A DNA stretch of 64,000 nt, from contig CAVSGI010000021.1 in assembly GCA_963727445.1 (NCBI GenBank), positions 512,001 to 576,000 of the forward strand. Direction: 5' to 3'. Source of the stretch: an uncultured delta proteobacterium. Lineage in GTDB: Bacteria > Myxococcota_A > Polyangia > Polyangiales > B10-G4. The position numbers were made by a program, and so were the translations under genes. Shown here one piece after another: positions 62,515-64,000 of the stretch (the stretch's first letter is position 1; each line of letters starts with the position of its first letter). The notes below the pieces were generated by a model that was given only the letters and a program-made list of their open reading frames with translations, did no database searches and had not been told where the DNA came from.

Positions 62515-63387
62515 TCACGATTCGACGTCGGCGAAGAAGGCGACCATCGCCTCGGTGAGGGCGTTGGGAGCGAACCAGTGGATCATGTGGCCCACCCCGT
62601 CGAGCTCGACGAAGCGGTGATCCTGGATCTCGCCGGCGCGCTCTCGCTCGCCCTCGACCCGAAAGCCGTGGCTACCCCCCACGAGGAGCGTGGGCGCCGT
62701 GATCCGGCTGAGGAACGCCCGATACGAAGAGAGGCGAAAGGGGACAGGGGCGGTCGTGCGGTGGAGGGGATCGAAACGGAAGACCCGCCCTTCACCGTCG
62801 TCGGCGGGTTTCGTGCCCTTCTCGGCCAGGAACATGCCCCACGCGTCGTCGAGCTCGGGGTTCTGGACCCGCATGCGGGTGACCGCCTCCTCGAGGCTCT
62901 CCATCCGCTTCGGGGGGCGGTTGCGCATCTTGTCGACGCCGCGGATCCAGGCGCCGAAGCAATCGGGCGTGAAAGCGGCCGGATGGGCCGGGGGCCCGAT
63001 GCCCTCGATCAGCGTCAGGGTGCGGATGGCATCGGGCAGGGTGCCGGCGAAGAGGGAGCAGGCCGTGCCCCCCATCGAGTGGCCCACCAGGTGCGGGGGC
63101 GCATCGAAGAGGGCTTTGACGATCTCCGATAGGTCGAGGACGTAGTCCGGGAAGTGGTAGTAGCCACCAGCGCCGACCCATTCGCTCTCGCCGTGGCCGC
63201 GCCAATCGAAGGCGACGGCGACGTAGCCCGCGTCGGCCAGGCGGCGCGCCACGCGATCCCAGCCCCAGGCGAGGTCGAGGAAGCCGTGACAGAGAAGGAC
63301 CTGGGGGCCATCCCCTTCGCCCCAGGTGATCACGTGATGTTCGAGCCCGTTCGCGCGGACCGTCCGCGACCTCGGCTCGGCGTCCAT
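62515..63387 (-). CDS. Alpha/beta hydrolase
   Basis: CHGFLD, DWRGHGES, GHSMGG, GHMIH. Confidence 0.9.
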   Translation of the reverse strand: MDAEPRSRTVRANGLEHHVITWGEGDGPQVLLCHGFLDLAWGWDRVARRLADAGYVAVAFDWRGHGESEWVGAGGYYHFPDYVLDLSEIVKALFDAPPHLVGHSMGGTACSLFAGTLPDAIRTLTLIEGIGPPAHPAAFTPDCFGAWIRGVDKMRNRPPKRMESLEEAVTRMRVQNPELDDAWGMFLAEKGTKPADDGEGRVFRFDPLHRTTAPVPFRLSSYRAFLSRITAPTLLVGGSHGFRVEGERERAGEIQDHRFVELDGVGHMIHWFAPNALTEAMVAFFADVES

Positions 63388-63406
63388 GGTCAAGGCTCCC
63401 GCAGCC

Positions 63407-64000
63407 TCAGGAGATGATCTCCCGGAAGGTCACGAGCACCAGGACCCCCAACAGGAAGAGGATCCCGACGGTGTGCACCATCGCCTCGAAGCGCTCGTTG
63501 GGGCGCCGTCGGGTGACGAGCTCGTAGCCGAGGAAGACCAGGCGACCGCCGTCGAGGGCGGGCAAGGGGAGCAGGTTGAAGAACCCGAGGGCGACCGAGA
63601 GGTAGACCAGGATCAACAGAAAGTCGGTCGCCCCGCGTTCGGCGTGCTCCGCGACGATCTTGCCCATGCGGAAGGGGCCGGCCAGGTCCTTGGTGGATCG
63701 TTCGGCGATCATCTGCCCGATGCCGCCGATCTGGAGCATGGTCAGCTCGAAAGGCTTGGTGACGGCGAAGCCCACCGCTTCGGTGATCGGCTTGGCGACG
63801 TAGTTGGTGACCGCGGCGGGCGCGACGCCGATGCGGCCCTCACCCTCTTCGGTACGCGGGGTGATGTCGAGCTCGATGCGCTCGCCGTCGCGGTCGATCA
63901 CGTAGTGCGTGGGCTCGTCCGCGCGAGGGGAGGTCTGTGCCTTGAGCTCTTCGAGGTTGCTGACCGGCTGGCCGTTCGCCTCGACGATGATGTCGCCTTC
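63407..64000 (-). CDS. Second RseP-like M50 metalloprotease (C-terminal part; runs off the window)
   Basis: PDZ segment followed by NLLPLPALDGG. Confidence 0.88.
   Translation of the reverse strand, partial: EGDIIVEANGQPVSNLEELKAQTSPRADEPTHYVIDRDGERIELDITPRTEEGEGRIGVAPAAVTNYVAKPITEAVGFAVTKPFELTMLQIGGIGQMIAERSTKDLAGPFRMGKIVAEHAERGATDFLLILVYLSVALGFFNLLPLPALDGGRLVFLGYELVTRRRPNERFEAMVHTVGILFLLGVLVLVTFREIIS

Overview
Very GC-rich bacterial DNA with a myxobacterial (Polyangiales/Sandaracinaceae-like) gene repertoire: a MYXO-CTERM protein, many lipoproteins, Ser/Thr kinases, FHA and sigma54 activators, and a PEGA protein. The taxonomy is inferred from gene content only. The window holds about 50 CDS, one tRNA-Pro(CGG) with a clear sigma70 promoter, one IS5-family element with 21-bp terminal inverted repeats, and a 6 x 107-bp palindrome-rich tandem array. 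Main points of interest: (1) the IS5 carries a ~240-nt multibranched base-paired element 3' of its transposase, and the transposase frame is anomalous; (2) the 107-bp repeat has a diverged solo relative 36 kb away, suggesting a structured REP-like family; (3) an orphan fliO-fliP(sctR) pair is translationally coupled to a SUKH-TsiV-TPR immunity fusion; (4) a haem-rich envelope cluster encodes a tandem DHOR, a pentahaem cytochrome, a metzincin and an atypical CX5CH/CX3CH lipoprotein; (5) all four isolated single-base frameshifts in chromosomal genes fall on GAATC/GATTC pentamers that can be repaired to GATC, probably a sequencing footprint of DNA modification at GATC. The thiolase/acyl-CoA dehydrogenase segment (~50.1-52.3 kb) is full of indels and is probably an assembly or polishing artefact. 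All product calls come from motif recognition by eye; no database searches were run.
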